A stretch of 64,000 bases of DNA from Trueperaceae bacterium (GTDB lineage Bacteria; Deinococcota; Deinococci; Deinococcales; Trueperaceae), in NCBI GenBank assembly GCA_965213925.1, contig OZ243927.1:3392001-3456000 (forward strand). The letters run 5' to 3'. The number at the start of each line of letters is the position of its first letter. The stretch's first letter is position 1. The notes below the pieces were generated by a model. That model had not been told where the DNA came from and did no database searches. It saw only the letters and a list, made by a program, of their open reading frames with translations. A program made the position numbers and the translations under genes. Shown piece after piece: positions 60,971-64,000 of this stretch.

Positions 60971-62158
60971 TCAGAAACTGTCTTTCGCTCGGCGCAACTC
61001 CCTATCGAGGAAGGGCGACTCTAGTGGTTCGAACAGTATCGCTCCTTGTACACTCGTCGTACTCTGAGCGCGAAGCGATTGAGACGACATCCCGCTCACA
61101 CCATTACACTCCGGTTCGGCTCGACTGCCTACCGTATGAACCCACTGCTCAACCCCGTTATAGGTGAACTTCTGGTCGATGAAGCTAGGTGAGAAGCGTG
61201 CGATAAAGACCAAACCGCCGCTGCTGCTCTCTCTAAAGGTCTGCTCATAAAGCGTCTCAAAGCGCATAAGCAGCTCGCCGTACTCTCCAGCCGCGATGTT
61301 GCGGAGGTTCTGCGGCGTATCCGGGCGACCTGCCACGCTTGTAGTGAGAATGTCGAGCGACATCGGCTGGCAAAGAGGCACATCGGGCGCAGTGTCGGTG
61401 CGATTCCAGGTATAGGTAGGCCAGCGGTTGTCGATGTTCTCAAAGGTATCGTAGAGGTTCGCGTAGAAGCCCGTCCCGGTATCTTCATCGCGGTACTCCA
61501 TCACGAAGCCGAGCCGCTGATCAGGACCTTCAACCTCGTTGCAGTTGCGAATCGTCTTCGTCGTCACCTTGAACGGCTCGTTGCTGAGCTTTTCTTTTTC
61601 GAAGATGCGGACGAAAGCGTCGTTGATCGTCATTGCCGAGTTCTCCTCGGTAAGCGGAATGTTCGGCGCTGCACCGTCGAAGAGTCCTCTGAAGTCAAGG
61701 GTAAATGTTCCTTCGAAGCGGGGGCAGTCCTCGAGGGGACCGTTGTAAGTTTTTACGATCTCCGGCTTGAAGTCGATATAGGGTGCCCAGAGCGTATCAC
61801 TGCCGAGTTCGACCTCAAAGGTCTTCTCGAGTTCTAGGACAAGGTAGCCGTCTTCATCAATCGCTTGAATGTAAGCGATATGCTCGCCGACCGGCAGGGT
61901 GTAAACGTGGCGTTGGTAGTCAGGTTCATGTATACGGAAGTAAGGCGCAGGGTCGCCATTGATGAAGGACTGAACTTCGGCTACGTTGGATAAATCGTAG
62001 AGGTCGCGCACCCAGATTTCGATGTCGCCCGAGTTGAGGAGGTTGGGCAGCATCTCGGTGGTGTAGAAGACGTCGCTCCAGATGCCGCGCTGCTCGGCGG
62101 TGTAGGACAAGACTTCCAAGTCGGTCAAGAAGGGCTTACCGTCTTGATTCTTAGACAT
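60971..62158 (-). CDS. Hypothetical acidic protein, probably 5'-truncated
   Basis: About 395 codons with coding-like composition; its 5' end abuts the subtilase frame head-to-head, with no room for a promoter. Confidence 0.6.
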   Translation of the reverse strand: MSKNQDGKPFLTDLEVLSYTAEQRGIWSDVFYTTEMLPNLLNSGDIEIWVRDLYDLSNVAEVQSFINGDPAPYFRIHEPDYQRHVYTLPVGEHIAYIQAIDEDGYLVLELEKTFEVELGSDTLWAPYIDFKPEIVKTYNGPLEDCPRFEGTFTLDFRGLFDGAAPNIPLTEENSAMTINDAFVRIFEKEKLSNEPFKVTTKTIRNCNEVEGPDQRLGFVMEYRDEDTGTGFYANLYDTFENIDNRWPTYTWNRTDTAPDVPLCQPMSLDILTTSVAGRPDTPQNLRNIAAGEYGELLMRFETLYEQTFRESSSGGLVFIARFSPSFIDQKFTYNGVEQWVHTVGSRAEPECNGVSGMSSQSLRAQSTTSVQGAILFEPLESPFLDRELRRAKDSF

Positions 62159-63940
62159 ATCCGAGGTGGGTGTGATCCGAACTATGTACTTAAAGCGTTT
62201 GCCGTACCTAATGATCCTCGCTACAACGACCAGTGGCACTACCCCGCTATCAACCTACCCAAAGCGTGGGATGTGACTGTAGGAAGCGAGGATGTCGTGG
62301 TTGCTGTTGTTGACTCCGGCATCTTGTTCGACTTGGATGATCCCTCAAGGAGCCACCCCGACTTAGCAGGCAAGGTCGTGCCTGGCTTCGACTTCGTCTC
62401 GAGCCTCCAACTCAGTAACGACGGCGATGGACGTGACGGCAATCCCTATGACCCTGGTGATGTCGTGGGAGGGCAAGGCAGCTACCACGGCTCACATGTC
62501 GCAGGAACTGTAGCAACGACGACGAACAATGGTTTGGGTATAGCAGGCGTCGCTTGGAACGCTAAAGTGTTGCCCATTCGGGTTCTAGGTGTTGGCGGTG
62601 AGGGCACACTTGCAGATATCTTGGATGGTATGCGCTGGGCAGCGGGACTCGAGGTCTCAGGTGTACCTTCAAACCCCAATCCAGCAACTGTGCTCAACCT
62701 GAGCTTAGGTGGACGGGGTTCATGTCCAGGTGCATTGCAAGACGTACTGGATCAAGTGGCAGCAAGGGGTGTCAGTGTCGTCGTAGCAGCAGGTAACTCA
62801 GACGAAGACGCAAACAACACCTTGCCTGCGAACTGCCGTGGTGTCATCACGGTCGGGGCAACCGACGCTGTTGACACCCGCGCTCACTATTCGAACTACG
62901 GCTCGGTTTTAGATGTCATGGCTCCAGGAGGTGATATGCGTGTTGACCTCACTGCTGATAGTCAGCCCGACGGGGTCCTGAGTTTAGGCAAGGACGACCT
63001 AACGAACAGCATGACCTACAGCTACGCTCAAGGCACGTCGATGGCTGCGCCGCACGTAGCTGGGGTGGTGGCGCTGATGAAGGCGCTCGAGCCTGATTTA
63101 ACCCCGACTCAAATTCATAGCGTACTCACCGCGACGGCGCGTCCTTTATCGAGTCTGACCTGCCGCCGTAGCAGCGGAGAGGACTGCGGCGCAGGCTTGA
63201 TCGACGCAGTAGCTGCGTTGACGATGGTGCGAGACGGGGAGGTGCCAACATCGCCTCTGAGTTTCAGCCCTGAGGTGCTGTCGTTTGGAACGGACTTAGA
63301 GGAACTCGAGTTGACCCTCATGAATGAAAGTGACGCGAGCCTCTCCTGGGCATTCCTGCGTTTCGAAGAAGATACAGGTAATCCTCAGGCGGTTCCAGAT
63401 GACGCCCTCTCTATTCCTAGCGACCAACCCTCATCGGGCACGCTCGCTACAGGGGAGCAAACGACTACCCGCGTCGTGCTGGACCGCAGCTTGATAGACG
63501 AAGAAGGAAGTTATGCTCTCGAGCTGCTCTTCTCAGCAAATAGTGAAGAGATTTCGTTGCCCCTACGTTTCACGAAGCAAATTGAAGGAGGCACTACTCT
63601 CAACGGTCCGATGATCGTGGCAGCTTTTCTCGAGGACTCGAGTGGCGACCTCATCTTGAGCGGGGCGCAAGAGAATGACGGCATCATCCGCGACTACGCT
63701 TTCGACGTTTTAGCAGGCGAGAATCTACTCATCGCCTGGTCGGATGAGAACAACGATATCGAGATTGATACAGGCGACTACTTGGGTAGCTATCCTGACT
63801 GGGTCAGTGTTAAGGCGCAAGCTACCTTGACCAACCTGGACATGACCCTATCTGAGGTGGTGGAGACGCAGGATATGAACCTGAGGTCAGCGCTGTTGCA
63901 GGAACTGGAGAGGGTGAGGAGAGACGGAAGCGGGGATTGA
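62144..63940 (+). CDS. S8 subtilase serine protease lacking signal peptide and most of the prodomain (likely 5'-truncated)
   Basis: Catalytic VAVVDSG, HGSHVAGT, AAGN, GTSMAAPHVAG; recognisable sequence begins at DPNY...PNDP..QWHY, the usual prodomain/mature junction. Confidence 0.88.
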   Translation: MILRHIRGGCDPNYVLKAFAVPNDPRYNDQWHYPAINLPKAWDVTVGSEDVVVAVVDSGILFDLDDPSRSHPDLAGKVVPGFDFVSSLQLSNDGDGRDGNPYDPGDVVGGQGSYHGSHVAGTVATTTNNGLGIAGVAWNAKVLPIRVLGVGGEGTLADILDGMRWAAGLEVSGVPSNPNPATVLNLSLGGRGSCPGALQDVLDQVAARGVSVVVAAGNSDEDANNTLPANCRGVITVGATDAVDTRAHYSNYGSVLDVMAPGGDMRVDLTADSQPDGVLSLGKDDLTNSMTYSYAQGTSMAAPHVAGVVALMKALEPDLTPTQIHSVLTATARPLSSLTCRRSSGEDCGAGLIDAVAALTMVRDGEVPTSPLSFSPEVLSFGTDLEELELTLMNESDASLSWAFLRFEEDTGNPQAVPDDALSIPSDQPSSGTLATGEQTTTRVVLDRSLIDEEGSYALELLFSANSEEISLPLRFTKQIEGGTTLNGPMIVAAFLEDSSGDLILSGAQENDGIIRDYAFDVLAGENLLIAWSDENNDIEIDTGDYLGSYPDWVSVKAQATLTNLDMTLSEVVETQDMNLRSALLQELERVRRDGSGD

Positions 63941-64000
63941 AACCCCTAAAATGAAGTGAGCTTTTGTGCGTGTGAACGGGCCGAGGCTCGCCTGAGGCTT

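Noticed and set aside
63964..63980. Possible further repeat arm TTGTGCGTGTGAAC at the window end
   Set aside because: Only a left-arm-like sequence, without the GCGCGC spacer or right arm; not counted.

Overview
GC-rich bacterial accessory region, most likely Deinococcota (Truepera/Deinococcus-like). This is inferred from a sigma-70 ending in [15 protein letters not shown], close to Thermus/Deinococcus SigA, and from repeated leaderless-type TANNNT-N5-6-start promoters. The main hidden structure is a family of about 21 imperfect 32-bp palindromes (13-bp arm, GCGCGC spacer, 13-bp arm; e.g. TTGTGCGACGAAC-GCGCGC-GTCTCTTGCAGAA). They lie between genes from 7.7 to 60 kb and cut the window into self-contained modules of about 0.6-5 kb: regulator plus targets, toxin-antitoxin pairs, c-di-GMP enzymes and an extra sigma factor. 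Two arm types occur in all combinations, as expected for an integron/dif-module-like recombination cassette array, but no recombinase is visible in this window. One site is split by an ORF-less group II intron whose EBS1+EBS2 match 14 contiguous nt of that site. A second, RT-encoding group II intron sits inside the first intron's domain V (twintron). One module encodes a membrane GGDEF diguanylate cyclase fused to a class I terpene synthase domain, divergent from a cytochrome P450 and bracketed by ~120-bp inverted repeats. Several small genes carry nonsense or frameshift lesions. All family assignments come from motif recognition, not from database searches.
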